A stretch of DNA of 64,000 nt. Source: an uncultured Candidatus Saccharibacteria bacterium (GTDB taxonomy: Bacteria > Patescibacteriota > Minisyncoccia > Phycocordibacterales > PALSA-1337). Location: positions 9,878-73,877 of the forward strand of contig CAYMXR010000001.1 in assembly GCA_964394505.1 (NCBI GenBank). Direction: 5' to 3'. Under the pieces are notes generated by a model. The model searched no databases and had not been told where the DNA came from. It saw nothing but the letters and a program-made list of their open reading frames with translations. Positions 38,975-49,427 of the stretch are shown here, piece after piece. The translations under genes were made by a program, and so were the position numbers. Every line of letters begins with the position of its first letter. Position 1 is the stretch's first letter.

Positions 38975-40576
38975 ATGTTCAATAATACAATTAGAAAACT
39001 TCAAAAACCCGTTTCCGTCATAATGATATTATCTGTACTACTAATCTCTGTACCAAAACAAACTTTTGCAATCCTCGGTGCTGGCGATACGGTAGTAGTT
39101 GTTGGAGATGTAAGTCCTACAGGAATAACAAACTTTGTCAATCATACTCTGATCAAACTCAAGGAGTTTGTGCTCGACAAAATGGCCACCATGTTAATGA
39201 AGCAAATATTGCATCAAATGACCATGGAAGTTGTTAACTGGATCAATGGAGGCTTTCAGGGAAGCCCTGCATTTCTCACAAACCCAGGAGCATTTTTTCT
39301 AGAGGCAGCCGATCAAGTAACTGGCGCTTTTTTGGCCACAAACGGCCCACTTTCTTCACTTTGTTCACCGTTTGCCATTGACATCCGATTAGCATTGGCA
39401 CTAAGTAAGACATCTATGCTTAATCAGCGATATACATGTACCCTTGGAAAAATTATCCAGGCACAAAAAAACGGTCCGGATATAATCGTGAACGGACAAG
39501 TTGTTCGCTCTTCTCAGGGTTCTATGAATGGATTCCTGCGAGGAGACTTCAATCAAGGTGGATGGCCTGCATTCATTGCTCTCACGACTGAACCCAAAAA
39601 CAATCCCTACGGGGCTTTCCTGTCTGCTGAAGCAGACTTAAACGCAAGAATAAATGCAAAACAAGCAACAATTAGGGCCGATATCCAGCTCGGCCAGGGT
39701 TTCATGTCATGGCAAAAATGTTCAGACATACCTGGAGGAACAGTTGATGCTGAAGACGATTACCAAGTTAATACAGTAGAAAGTATGGTAGGTGTTGACC
39801 CTTCAATCAACCGAAAGGTTAACAAAGACGGAACGATAACATATCAATCTTGCGAAACCCAGACACCTGGATCTGTCATTGCGGGTACCCTACAAACACA
39901 CCTCAATGTTCCAGTGGTAGAACTAGAGCTGGCAGACGACATAAATGCGATCATAAATGCTCTGTTTACAAAAATGACATCGACAATAATTTCTGGTGGA
40001 TTAGGAGCATTGAGTGGTAATTCTGGTGCGGGACCATCGTACACGCAACAAGTAATAGATGAAATAGGTACGGCACAAGTAGATCAGGGGACTTTGGACA
40101 ATTTACAGAATGATATCGGACCAGCAATTCAGAAAATCGATTCATATGTATCGATTTATAAAAAAGCCATAGAAGTGCTATCAGAAACAAAAAACAAATT
40201 TATGGTCGCCAGAAAATGCTTTAGCGATAAGTCGGCAAGCGAGTACGCAGGAAACAAGTTATCAGAAATTGATCTAATAATAAATTCTGATATCAATACA
40301 TCAATCGCCTCAATTGAGGCAAGTATCGCATCCGCAATGGCAGATAGAAAAAAGCTTGAGGATATGTCTCTTACCCTTGCCGGCACAGGTTCTCCAAAGA
40401 AAGTTCAGGCTCAGGCCGAAAGATACTCCCAATTCGTTCAAAGTGGTGGCTTGGATATTCAGTCAAAAATCCAAGTTGCCGAAACCATGCTTGAAAATGC
40501 CCAGAAAAAAGCCAAAGATCTTGATATGAAGGCCACCTTGTTACAACTTGAGTGTTACAGAATGGTTACACCGTAG
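38975..40576 (+). CDS. Secreted/membrane hypothetical protein with Cys pairs and coiled coil
   Basis: Signal peptide; VNWINGGFQGSPAFL motif; helical C-terminus. Confidence 0.7.
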   Translation: MFNNTIRKLQKPVSVIMILSVLLISVPKQTFAILGAGDTVVVVGDVSPTGITNFVNHTLIKLKEFVLDKMATMLMKQILHQMTMEVVNWINGGFQGSPAFLTNPGAFFLEAADQVTGAFLATNGPLSSLCSPFAIDIRLALALSKTSMLNQRYTCTLGKIIQAQKNGPDIIVNGQVVRSSQGSMNGFLRGDFNQGGWPAFIALTTEPKNNPYGAFLSAEADLNARINAKQATIRADIQLGQGFMSWQKCSDIPGGTVDAEDDYQVNTVESMVGVDPSINRKVNKDGTITYQSCETQTPGSVIAGTLQTHLNVPVVELELADDINAIINALFTKMTSTIISGGLGALSGNSGAGPSYTQQVIDEIGTAQVDQGTLDNLQNDIGPAIQKIDSYVSIYKKAIEVLSETKNKFMVARKCFSDKSASEYAGNKLSEIDLIINSDINTSIASIEASIASAMADRKKLEDMSLTLAGTGSPKKVQAQAERYSQFVQSGGLDIQSKIQVAETMLENAQKKAKDLDMKATLLQLECYRMVTP

Positions 40577-40591
40577 AGATTCCATTAACCT

Positions 40592-42490
40592 ATGAAAATG
40601 AGATTACTAAAAAAATACATACCGCTCATAATCTGTTTGTTTGTCCTGCAGACGGATTTCGCTTTTGCACAAGGTGATATAGCAAAGATTTTTGCATTTA
40701 CTGGAATTGTTGAATTAGCTGACTCCGTAGTAGCCATATTTGCCAATATGGCAATGACGGTAGCGAGCTGGTTACTCATAGCTGCGGGGTATATTTTGGA
40801 CATCTCCATTCAATTGACTCTAAATATCAAAGGTTTTGTAAAAGCTACACCAGCAATCTTCACGGTTTGGAAAAGTCTAAGAGATATTACTGGTCTATTT
40901 TTCATCTTCTATTTGTTATACGCAGCAATACAGATGATGACTGGCTGGGGAAAGGAGAGTTATGGATCAACAATCAAAAATATTGTTATTGCTGGAGTCT
41001 TGATTAACTTTAGTTTCTTTATTGTCAGTTTTGGTATCGATGTCTCCAACATTACCTCCCAAGCTCTTTACGGTGCGATGGTACCAAACAAAGTTATTGT
41101 AAAAATCGACGAGAATGCCAGTATCCAAACTCTGGTGAGTAATGCAGGCAAGTCAGACATTTCAAATATCTTCATGAACACTTTGCGTATCCAATCGATA
41201 TACGACACAAAAGGAAACAAACTTGGCACAGAGATAGGGAATCCGATCAAAACAACTCTTATCGGCATCACTGGTGTAATAATGATGATTACCACTGCGG
41301 CAAGCTTTATCCTCGCAGCCTTGGCATTTATTGCCCGTCTAGTTATTTTGCTATTCCTCTTAGCATTTTCTTCTATTTGGTTTGCCAGCATGGTGATACC
41401 GCAATTAAAAGAAGCCGGCAGCAAATTCCAAGGCGCTCTTATGTCACAACTGCTTTTTATGCCAGCCTATCTGCTCCTCATGTATGTTGCTTTGTCGATA
41501 ATCAATGGTAGTACCATATTCCGTGCTGGGGTGATAGACGGCGCTGCAGCGGGTATCACCGGATCAAATTGGATAATGCCGTATATTATACTTCTGGTAA
41601 ATTTTGCCATCATAATATTTATTTTAAACCTACCCCTCGTGGTTGCGCTTAGTATGGGTGGTTATGCTACCAGCTGGTTCAAGGGCTCGATAGACAAATG
41701 GGACGCATTGAAGGTGTGGAGGAATGTTGGGGGATGGGCGAAAGATAATGCCTGGAGAGGTACCGGTGGCCGAGTCGCAAGCACATTAGCCAAAAGTGAA
41801 GGCCTTAAGAACATTGCTGCTAAAAGCAAATTTGGCGAGCTTGTCTTAAAAGGAGTGCGAGGTGCCGGTGGAAGTTACGATAAGAAACTTGCTGAACAGG
41901 TTGAAGCGAGAACTAAGTTTGCAGAATCACTTGGTGCAAATGAAGGAGAGATAATTGGAATTAAAAAGAAATACAGATCACTCATAGAAAATGCTCTTAC
42001 ACAAGAAAAGCGGGCAAGATCAATGGGTGACACGGTAGCCGCGGATAGATACAAGGCATACGCTGAAAATCTTAAAAAGCAACTTGGCGTAGACTTAGTA
42101 AATAAACAAAAAGAAAGACAAGTAAGTTATGCCGAAAGGATTTCTGATCCTGGTATTCTTAGTACATATCCTAATTTGTGGACAAAAGTTGCCAGAAAAG
42201 ACAAGGTGGCGGCAGCTAAAATCAATATCGATGTATGGCAAAAACAACTAGATAAGAAAAAAGAGGCTGTAACTAAGATAAAACAAGATCTGGAACGCAT
42301 TAAAACAGATATAAGAAGGGAAAAGGCAGCCCGCGGTGGCGTCGTCAGTAAAATAAATGAGGACGAACAAAACAAACTTGAACAAAAGTTAAAAGAAGCA
42401 ACTACTAACCCAAGTCACGGAGGTGATGTTGATGCGATGGGTACAGACGATCTTCAGGACTTGATTGATCAGGAAAAATTAACTAAATAA
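40592..42490 (+). CDS. VirB6/TrbL-like polytopic membrane protein
   Basis: WKSLRD, LINFSFF, many TMs, charged tail; context next to PrgI/VirB4. Confidence 0.65.
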   Translation: MKMRLLKKYIPLIICLFVLQTDFAFAQGDIAKIFAFTGIVELADSVVAIFANMAMTVASWLLIAAGYILDISIQLTLNIKGFVKATPAIFTVWKSLRDITGLFFIFYLLYAAIQMMTGWGKESYGSTIKNIVIAGVLINFSFFIVSFGIDVSNITSQALYGAMVPNKVIVKIDENASIQTLVSNAGKSDISNIFMNTLRIQSIYDTKGNKLGTEIGNPIKTTLIGITGVIMMITTAASFILAALAFIARLVILLFLLAFSSIWFASMVIPQLKEAGSKFQGALMSQLLFMPAYLLLMYVALSIINGSTIFRAGVIDGAAAGITGSNWIMPYIILLVNFAIIIFILNLPLVVALSMGGYATSWFKGSIDKWDALKVWRNVGGWAKDNAWRGTGGRVASTLAKSEGLKNIAAKSKFGELVLKGVRGAGGSYDKKLAEQVEARTKFAESLGANEGEIIGIKKKYRSLIENALTQEKRARSMGDTVAADRYKAYAENLKKQLGVDLVNKQKERQVSYAERISDPGILSTYPNLWTKVARKDKVAAAKINIDVWQKQLDKKKEAVTKIKQDLERIKTDIRREKAARGGVVSKINEDEQNKLEQKLKEATTNPSHGGDVDAMGTDDLQDLIDQEKLTK

Positions 42491-42491
42491 T

Positions 42492-43709
42492 ATGGATTTT
42501 GACTATAAAACAATAGAAGAATCTTTCTCCAAACTACCAACTGAACTTCAGGGTATTTTGACATCTCCACACATTGTAGAGAAAATTAAATCGGTTGCCA
42601 CAAAAAACGGCTTACTTATAGACCAGATGTCTTCATTATTTGATATTACTAGTTATATAATATTGGGTTTGATTCCTGCATCCAAATTTTCAGAAATGCT
42701 GATAAAAGAAACTCAAGTCGACAAAGCAAAATCACTGAAAATTGCCGAGGAAATAAATAAGGAGGTCTTTTCAACAATAAAATCAATGATGCGAGAGAAG
42801 CAGGAAGTGGCTGATTTATCAAATACGCCAATACAACCTGCAATCCCGCAAAATATTAATTTAGATGGGAATGTTTCAACTATAACCAAACCATCCCACA
42901 TCACCGATCTGGAGAAAGCTGGTGGATTCACAATAGAGCATGATATGGGAAACGGGGAAGTGGGACTTGGTAGCGAAGATTTACGGGCAATGCCAATGAG
43001 GGACAAATGGTCTCCGTTTGGGCAAACTATCGTTCCAACACCGACTAAACAAACAGTCGAAGCATCTCCTGTGATTACAAAGACCATTGAGGTACAACAA
43101 CCTATTCCAAAATCAGACAATATTCCAACTGAACCATCAACACCAACCCCAGTCATAATAAAGACGATTGAAGCAAAAGAAACCTTTATCAAAGAGCCAA
43201 TAATATCCAAACTAACAGCTCCTGTCGTTGAAGCGCCTATTCAAAAGACTACAGAAGTGATTGAACAAAAAGTTGAGACAAAAATTGAACCGGAAGTTGA
43301 AGTAAAAGAAGAGGTAGTGTCAACAGTTCCAGACAATCTACCAATAGAGCCAGTCACCTTACCAAAAGCAACAGAAGAATCGCCTATACCAAAAGAGCAG
43401 ATCGTTTTACCAAAAACTGTAGGAGAGCCATCTGTGCCAATAGAACCGGAGAATAACTCGCTAGCAGAAACAATAATCAATCTACGCAGGATTAAAGATG
43501 CTACGCCAAAACCACAAATCGAACAGATGCCAACAATTGAACAGCCAACGAAATCAGAGTCAAACACTAAAAAAGAACAAACACCCCCTCCACAACCCGC
43601 TCCAGAATTAATAGTTCCAGAGAAAATAAAATTAAATCCTGGTATACCAAAACCAATCGAACAGCAAAGACCTAGATCGTCTGATCCATACAGAGAACCG
43701 ATAAACTAA
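42492..43709 (+). CDS. Hypothetical protein with P/E/T-rich linker, ending DPYREPIN
   Basis: Helical N-domain plus low-complexity region. Confidence 0.7.
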   Translation: MDFDYKTIEESFSKLPTELQGILTSPHIVEKIKSVATKNGLLIDQMSSLFDITSYIILGLIPASKFSEMLIKETQVDKAKSLKIAEEINKEVFSTIKSMMREKQEVADLSNTPIQPAIPQNINLDGNVSTITKPSHITDLEKAGGFTIEHDMGNGEVGLGSEDLRAMPMRDKWSPFGQTIVPTPTKQTVEASPVITKTIEVQQPIPKSDNIPTEPSTPTPVIIKTIEAKETFIKEPIISKLTAPVVEAPIQKTTEVIEQKVETKIEPEVEVKEEVVSTVPDNLPIEPVTLPKATEESPIPKEQIVLPKTVGEPSVPIEPENNSLAETIINLRRIKDATPKPQIEQMPTIEQPTKSESNTKKEQTPPPQPAPELIVPEKIKLNPGIPKPIEQQRPRSSDPYREPIN

Positions 43710-43752
43710 ATTCCTTCGCGAGAAAATGATATTTGCAGTATAATATACACAA

Positions 43753-44181
43753 ATGCGATTCCAAGTTCCTCAATTTATAGAAATGGAAGATAAAATCTTC
43801 GGACCACTTACACTCAAACAGTTTATCTATTTGGCTGGCGGAGGAGGTTTGTCATTCGTCGTTTATGTATTCTTAGACAGCCTCATATTATCAATCATCC
43901 CAATTGCTTTAATTGTCGGCATATCTACTTCTTTGGCTTTTTACAAGATAAACAACAAACCCCTTATTTCTATTCTCGAATCAGCTTTTTATTATTACTT
44001 CGGCAACAAATTGTATATCTGGAAAAAGGAAGCTAATGCAAAAAAGGTCAGCGATCCCCAAGCAAATTCAAATAGCTATGCTTCGATCATGGTTCCAAAA
44101 ATTTCCGATAGCAAACTCAAAGACTTAACTTGGAGTTTAGACATAAAAGAAAGTATATATTCCAACAAAAAGCAACAATAA
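43753..44181 (+). CDS. PrgI-family (VirB3-like) protein
   Basis: FQVPQFIEMEDKIFGPLTLKQF, two TMs. Confidence 0.88.
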   Translation: MRFQVPQFIEMEDKIFGPLTLKQFIYLAGGGGLSFVVYVFLDSLILSIIPIALIVGISTSLAFYKINNKPLISILESAFYYYFGNKLYIWKKEANAKKVSDPQANSNSYASIMVPKISDSKLKDLTWSLDIKESIYSNKKQQ

Positions 44182-44182
44182 A

Positions 44183-44824
44183 ATGGCCAATTCATCAAAA
44201 GCAACTCAAGAGTTCGTGCCCATCAAGGAGATCCGTGATGGTATTGTGATACTCAAAAATGGGGGAATGAGAAGCCTTGTACTTGTTTCATCTTTGAATT
44301 TCGCACTCAAATCTGAGGATGAGCAAAGCTCAATACTTATGCAGTTTCAAAATTTTCTAAATTCACTTGATTTCTCAGTACAAATCTTTATTCAATCAAA
44401 AAAACTGGACATAAGGCCGTATGTAGCTTTACTAGAAGATCGATATAAAGACCAAGTAAGTGAGCTTATGAAAATCCAGGTCAGAGAATACATAGAATTC
44501 GTCAAGACCTTTGTCGAAAATACAAGCATTATGTCAAAAAGTTTTTTTGTAGTCGTACCTTACGATCCAGCGGCGATAAACATTTCCAAGAATCCTATTT
44601 CTAAATTTTTTCCAGGGAAAAACAATAACCAGACTCAATCAGAAAACGCTGACGAGCAATTCAACGAATACCGAAGCCAGCTAGAGCAAAGAGTAGCGGT
44701 AGTCGAACAGGGTTTAGTCAGGTGTGGTATCAGAACCGCAGAACTCGGTACCGAGGAAGTGGTAGAATTGTATTACAAACTTTTCAATCCCGGAGAAACA
44801 GAGAAACCGATCCAAATAACATAA
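44183..44824 (+). CDS. TraC/VirB4 N-terminal-like protein
   Basis: NFALKSEDEQ, FLNSLDF; lies between PrgI and VirB4. Confidence 0.7.
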   Translation: MANSSKATQEFVPIKEIRDGIVILKNGGMRSLVLVSSLNFALKSEDEQSSILMQFQNFLNSLDFSVQIFIQSKKLDIRPYVALLEDRYKDQVSELMKIQVREYIEFVKTFVENTSIMSKSFFVVVPYDPAAINISKNPISKFFPGKNNNQTQSENADEQFNEYRSQLEQRVAVVEQGLVRCGIRTAELGTEEVVELYYKLFNPGETEKPIQIT

Positions 44825-44828
44825 AATT

Positions 44829-46643
44829 ATGTCTTTCATTTCAAAATTACTAGGAAAAAAAGAAGAATCGCCAATAGTCTCTGTTCTCCCGGAGGAGATA
44901 TACCAGGCTGGGGTCTTGGAACTCCGAGATGTTATAGCCCCATCAGCTCTCAAGGTAAGCCCCAAGGATCTAAACCTTGGAGAAAAGGTTGGTCGAACAC
45001 TCTTTGTGATTTCATACCCCCGTTTTGTGAACGAAGGGTGGTTTGCCCCGATCATCAACCTAGACAAAGTCTTCAATGTTTCAATATTCATTCACCCCGT
45101 CGATACCGCCAAAATTCTTCGTCATTTCCAAAAGAAAGTTGCCGAAGTTCAAAGCCAAATTTCAAGAAGGGAAGAGAAGGGTTTGGTCCGAGAACCTTCT
45201 TTGGATACTGCATATCAAGATCTAGAATCTCTTCGCGATCAATTGATGCAGGCACAAGAACATCTATTTGATGTCGGTGTTTACATCACAATATTTGCCG
45301 ATTCCGACAATGAGCTCGACAAACTCGAATCAGAGATAAAATCAATTCTTGAGTCGAAGCTAGTCTATGTAAAACCTGCTTTGTTCCAACAAGAACAAGG
45401 TTTCAAAAGCGTTTTGCCGATCGGCGACGATCTCTTGGCAGTTCATTCCAAACTCAACTCTTCACCACTTTCTTCTTTGTTTCCTTTTGTTTCTTTTGAT
45501 CTTACTTCCGACAAGGGAATACTTTACGGCATAAACCGCCACAACTCTTCATTGGTTCTTTTTGATCGTTATTCATTAGAAAATTACAATTCTGTAACAT
45601 TTGCTGTTGCTGGTTCTGGTAAATCTTACTGCACAAAACTTGAGATTCTTCGAACTTTGATGTTCGACACTGATGTCATAGTTATCGATCCAGAAAAAGA
45701 ATACGAATATATGGCCTCGGCTACTGGTGGAAAATATTTCAACATTTCACTCAATTCAGAACATCACATCAACCCATTTGATCTACCAATACCTAGAGAA
45801 GACGAATCCGCCAGTGATGTTTTGCGTTCAAATATCATCAACCTTGTGGGTTTGTTTCGTATCATGCTTGGAGGTTTGTCACAAGAAGAAGATGCTATCA
45901 TTGACCGAGCAATCACCGAGACTTATGCCTTGAAAGACATTACTCCCGAATCAGATTTTCACAATGTAGAACCTCCTCTATTGTCAGATTTCGAGCTTGT
46001 CTTGGCTGGAATGGAAGGAGCAGATTCCTTGGTGCAAAGATTATCCAAATATACAAAAGGCACTTGGGCAGGTTTCATAAACCGACCATCAAATGTTGAT
46101 ATCAACAAAAAATTTGTCGTCTTCTCTTTACGAGACATGGAGGATGAACTCAAACCTGTGGCAATGTACATCGTCACTCACTATATCTGGAACGCTATTA
46201 GAAAAAACCTAAAGAAGAGACTTCTGGTCATAGACGAAGCTTGGTGGATGATGAAATCCGAAGATACCGCTTCATTCCTTTTTGGTCTAGCCAAAAGAGG
46301 CAGAAAATATTTCCTTGGTTTGGCCACTATCACCCAAGATGTTGATGATTTCCTGAAATCTCCTTACGGTTTACCAATTCTTACAAACTCTTCTATCCAA
46401 ATATTGCTCAAACAATCTCCGACTGTGATAGATCACATTCAGCAGACATTCCACCTTACCGATGAAGAAAAATACCTGTTATTGGAGTCGGATGTGGGGG
46501 AGGGTATATTCTTCGTTGGCCTCAAACATGTCGCTATAAAAATAGTCGCTTCATATACAGAAGACCAGATAATCACCACTAATCCTGCTCAAGTCATACA
46601 AATAGCTCAAGCAAAAAAAGAACTAGAAAATCTTGGTAAGTAA
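44829..46643 (+). CDS. VirB4-like ATPase
   Basis: Walker A AVAGSGKS, VIDPEKEY, INPFD, Walker B LVIDEAW, ITQDVDDF. Confidence 0.92.
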   Translation: MSFISKLLGKKEESPIVSVLPEEIYQAGVLELRDVIAPSALKVSPKDLNLGEKVGRTLFVISYPRFVNEGWFAPIINLDKVFNVSIFIHPVDTAKILRHFQKKVAEVQSQISRREEKGLVREPSLDTAYQDLESLRDQLMQAQEHLFDVGVYITIFADSDNELDKLESEIKSILESKLVYVKPALFQQEQGFKSVLPIGDDLLAVHSKLNSSPLSSLFPFVSFDLTSDKGILYGINRHNSSLVLFDRYSLENYNSVTFAVAGSGKSYCTKLEILRTLMFDTDVIVIDPEKEYEYMASATGGKYFNISLNSEHHINPFDLPIPREDESASDVLRSNIINLVGLFRIMLGGLSQEEDAIIDRAITETYALKDITPESDFHNVEPPLLSDFELVLAGMEGADSLVQRLSKYTKGTWAGFINRPSNVDINKKFVVFSLRDMEDELKPVAMYIVTHYIWNAIRKNLKKRLLVIDEAWWMMKSEDTASFLFGLAKRGRKYFLGLATITQDVDDFLKSPYGLPILTNSSIQILLKQSPTVIDHIQQTFHLTDEEKYLLLESDVGEGIFFVGLKHVAIKIVASYTEDQIITTNPAQVIQIAQAKKELENLGK

Positions 46644-46663
46644 AATTCTGATATAATCTGAGT

Positions 46664-47149
46664 ATGTCTACGAAGGGAAACAGATCAAAGGGAATTGGTT
46701 GGATAATCATGTATATTTTTACAGGAGCGGTTGACTTATTCCAGATCTTCGTTTCCGCTACTGGTATCGGAATCGTCGCAAGTGAATTTGTTGAATTTGC
46801 AATGCCCTTTATTTTGATATTTGTTTTTCAGTTTATAATCAAAGCCTCCGTCATTACCAAACCAGACCGACTAGGATCTATTGCCGGTGCTTTGGGTCTA
46901 GGCGCCCTCACCGGCGGGATCGCGCCATTTTGGATTGTTGATGTTTGGTATATTCAGAGAAGTGTAAAAAAAGAAGATGCCGAATACAATAGGCAAGAAC
47001 AAAAGCAGCAACTATTGACCAACAACACTAGACAGACACTTTACCGAGACGGAGTAAGGCAACCACAAAGACTAGGACAAGGTGAGGGCAACGATTCTGG
47101 ACCACAATACAAAGAGGGTATACGGACACCAAACGGGGGACTGAAATAG
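46664..47149 (+). CDS. Hypothetical membrane protein
   Basis: Three hydrophobic segments. Confidence 0.65.
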   Translation: MSTKGNRSKGIGWIIMYIFTGAVDLFQIFVSATGIGIVASEFVEFAMPFILIFVFQFIIKASVITKPDRLGSIAGALGLGALTGGIAPFWIVDVWYIQRSVKKEDAEYNRQEQKQQLLTNNTRQTLYRDGVRQPQRLGQGEGNDSGPQYKEGIRTPNGGLK

Positions 47150-47209
47150 GGATGTGTCACATCCCCCCCTTCAATTGATTAAAGTGCGATTTGCCAGTAA
47201 AATATAGCA

Positions 47210-48211
47210 ATGAATCGTTTGCTATTTTTTATAACATTGATCTTTATAAGCACATTTTCGATTGTCTCGACTAGCGCCCAAGGGCTTCCCATAAACGGTG
47301 GAGGGATAATTTTGACAATGTCTACCGAGAGTCCTGTCCCCGGTCAAAAAATAACCATTACGGCCAGAAGTTACACTATAGACATCAATTCATCAGAAGT
47401 AACATGGTCAATTGATGACAAAATCATTCAAAAAGGATTTGGCTTAACAAAAATGGAAACGATCGCTCCTCCCCTTGGTAAAAAGGTTACAGTGACTGTT
47501 TCGGCCTCTACCAATACAGGAATAAAAATTTCTGACTCTATAACCATAAGCCCCGGTTCAGTCGATATGATAATAGAAGGGGATGGTTATGTTACGCCAC
47601 TTTTCCAAGGCAAATTACCATTATCATACCAAAACACTTTTCGTATAATCGCTGTGCCACACCTAGCAGATTCCAAAGGAGTCGAATACAAAGCGAAAGA
47701 TTTGGTTTATCAATGGAAAAGGAATAGCCGAGTTATAGAAGAAGATAGCGGTTATGGAAAACAAACCTTATCTTTGACAGGAGATATTGTGCCAAGAGAA
47801 GCGACGATAAGTGTCACGGTTTCAACAAGAGATGGTAAAGAGAGAACTACTGGTTATATCTCTGTCCCTTATATTTCTCCTTCTGTATTATTTTATGAAG
47901 ATGACTATTTGTATGGACCTCTTTTCAATAAAACTATAAAAGATACAATTATTATTGGCAAAGAAAAAGAACTTAATGTCTTGATGGCACCTTTTGGTTT
48001 CAATAAACCAACAAAAGGTCTTGGTGATTTGAATCTGCTTTGGACGATCAATGGTTATGAACATCCAGAACTATCTTCAAACGAATCAATTACCCTCCGA
48101 GCTCCAGCGGGTATGTCTGGGTCATCACGAATTGGTCTAGAAATCACTAATGATAAAGATATTCTTCAAAATGCTGATAATGGCTTTTCCATAAAATTTA
48201 ATTCAAAATGA
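47210..48211 (+). CDS. Secreted Ig-like beta-sandwich protein
   Basis: Signal peptide; repeated W-containing beta-strand modules. Confidence 0.7.
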   Translation: MNRLLFFITLIFISTFSIVSTSAQGLPINGGGIILTMSTESPVPGQKITITARSYTIDINSSEVTWSIDDKIIQKGFGLTKMETIAPPLGKKVTVTVSASTNTGIKISDSITISPGSVDMIIEGDGYVTPLFQGKLPLSYQNTFRIIAVPHLADSKGVEYKAKDLVYQWKRNSRVIEEDSGYGKQTLSLTGDIVPREATISVTVSTRDGKERTTGYISVPYISPSVLFYEDDYLYGPLFNKTIKDTIIIGKEKELNVLMAPFGFNKPTKGLGDLNLLWTINGYEHPELSSNESITLRAPAGMSGSSRIGLEITNDKDILQNADNGFSIKFNSK

Positions 48212-49419
48212 AAAATCTAAATAAAATCTTACTGGTGGTTGCAATGATTTCGATCTTGGGGTCTTCATATTCATGTTTGGCACAATCTGATGCAAAATAT
48301 ACTGTACTTGCTCCTTTACCTTGTATAGAAAGCGCAGAAACTACATATATTGACAGCCAGGGCCAATCCAGAACCAATCCAGGTATCACTTGCGAAGGTA
48401 ATGGTTCGGTTGCAACTGAAGTAGATTTCAAAACTTATGTGCAATACACCATGAATCTTCTCATTGCTCTATCTGCTGTCGTAGCTGTGGTAATGTTGGT
48501 TTGGGGAGGTATAGAGTACATGTTCACAAGCTCTTTTTCTTCAAAAAAGAGCGGTTTGGAGCGAGCGCAAAACGCTTTGGTTGGTCTATTACTTGTACTC
48601 ACCTCCTACATCATTCTCCGCACCGTAGACCCTAGGTTGGTAGAGATACCAAATACTCTAGTGCCACAATTGACGGTAAGGGAGGAGTTACGGGAAGATG
48701 TGTTTGACTCATTCACGACTCAATTAGAAAATGAAATTACTGAGTATGACAAAAATCGAACTAAGCTCGGTGAAGAGCTGACTGATATTAGACGAAAAAG
48801 AGCGGAGCTAGCAGAAAAAGAAAAAGATCTTCAAAGAAGGATCGCCTCTTCTACAGATCCTGTAGAGATTAATAAGTTAAAGGTGGAACTGGAAAAGACA
48901 ATGGAAGAAAATATTCAAAAGAAAGCGGTTGATATTGTAAAAAAGGCAACAATCGCAATTAATGGCAACTTGGATGAAATAGCAAAGATTGTGCTTGAGG
49001 GGAGGGATTACCAACACCAAGACAAGTTTGATGTGATAAGCCGAAATATGGGACTACTCAACAAGCACCTTGCAAATATGCAGATAGAGTATGCAGTCGC
49101 GACCGAAGAGTTAGGCAAGATTAGAGTGTTTGACAGCACATCTTTAAGGGACCAGAGGAATCATTACACAACGATCGGTAGACTAGACATGTTGAATTTA
49201 TCAATCGGTAGTATCACTGGCTCAAATAATTATTACGATGTAATTCTAACCAATGGAACCAAAGATAAGAAAAGGGGTCCTGTACTGAAAGAGGAAATCC
49301 AGACTGAAATCAACAGTCTGCAAAGATTTATCGACGCAACAACCGATACTGAACTTAAACAAAAAATGGTGACCAAAAAAGCCCAGGTAGAAGCAGCACT
49401 AAAAAATAAACTTCCATAA
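48208..49419 (+). CDS. TrbC/VirB2-like pilin domain fused to long coiled coil
   Basis: AVVMLVWGGIEYM...AQNALVGLLLVLTSYIILRTVDP. Confidence 0.75.
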   Translation: MKNLNKILLVVAMISILGSSYSCLAQSDAKYTVLAPLPCIESAETTYIDSQGQSRTNPGITCEGNGSVATEVDFKTYVQYTMNLLIALSAVVAVVMLVWGGIEYMFTSSFSSKKSGLERAQNALVGLLLVLTSYIILRTVDPRLVEIPNTLVPQLTVREELREDVFDSFTTQLENEITEYDKNRTKLGEELTDIRRKRAELAEKEKDLQRRIASSTDPVEINKLKVELEKTMEENIQKKAVDIVKKATIAINGNLDEIAKIVLEGRDYQHQDKFDVISRNMGLLNKHLANMQIEYAVATEELGKIRVFDSTSLRDQRNHYTTIGRLDMLNLSIGSITGSNNYYDVILTNGTKDKKRGPVLKEEIQTEINSLQRFIDATTDTELKQKMVTKKAQVEAALKNKLP

Positions 49420-49427
49420 AAAAATAA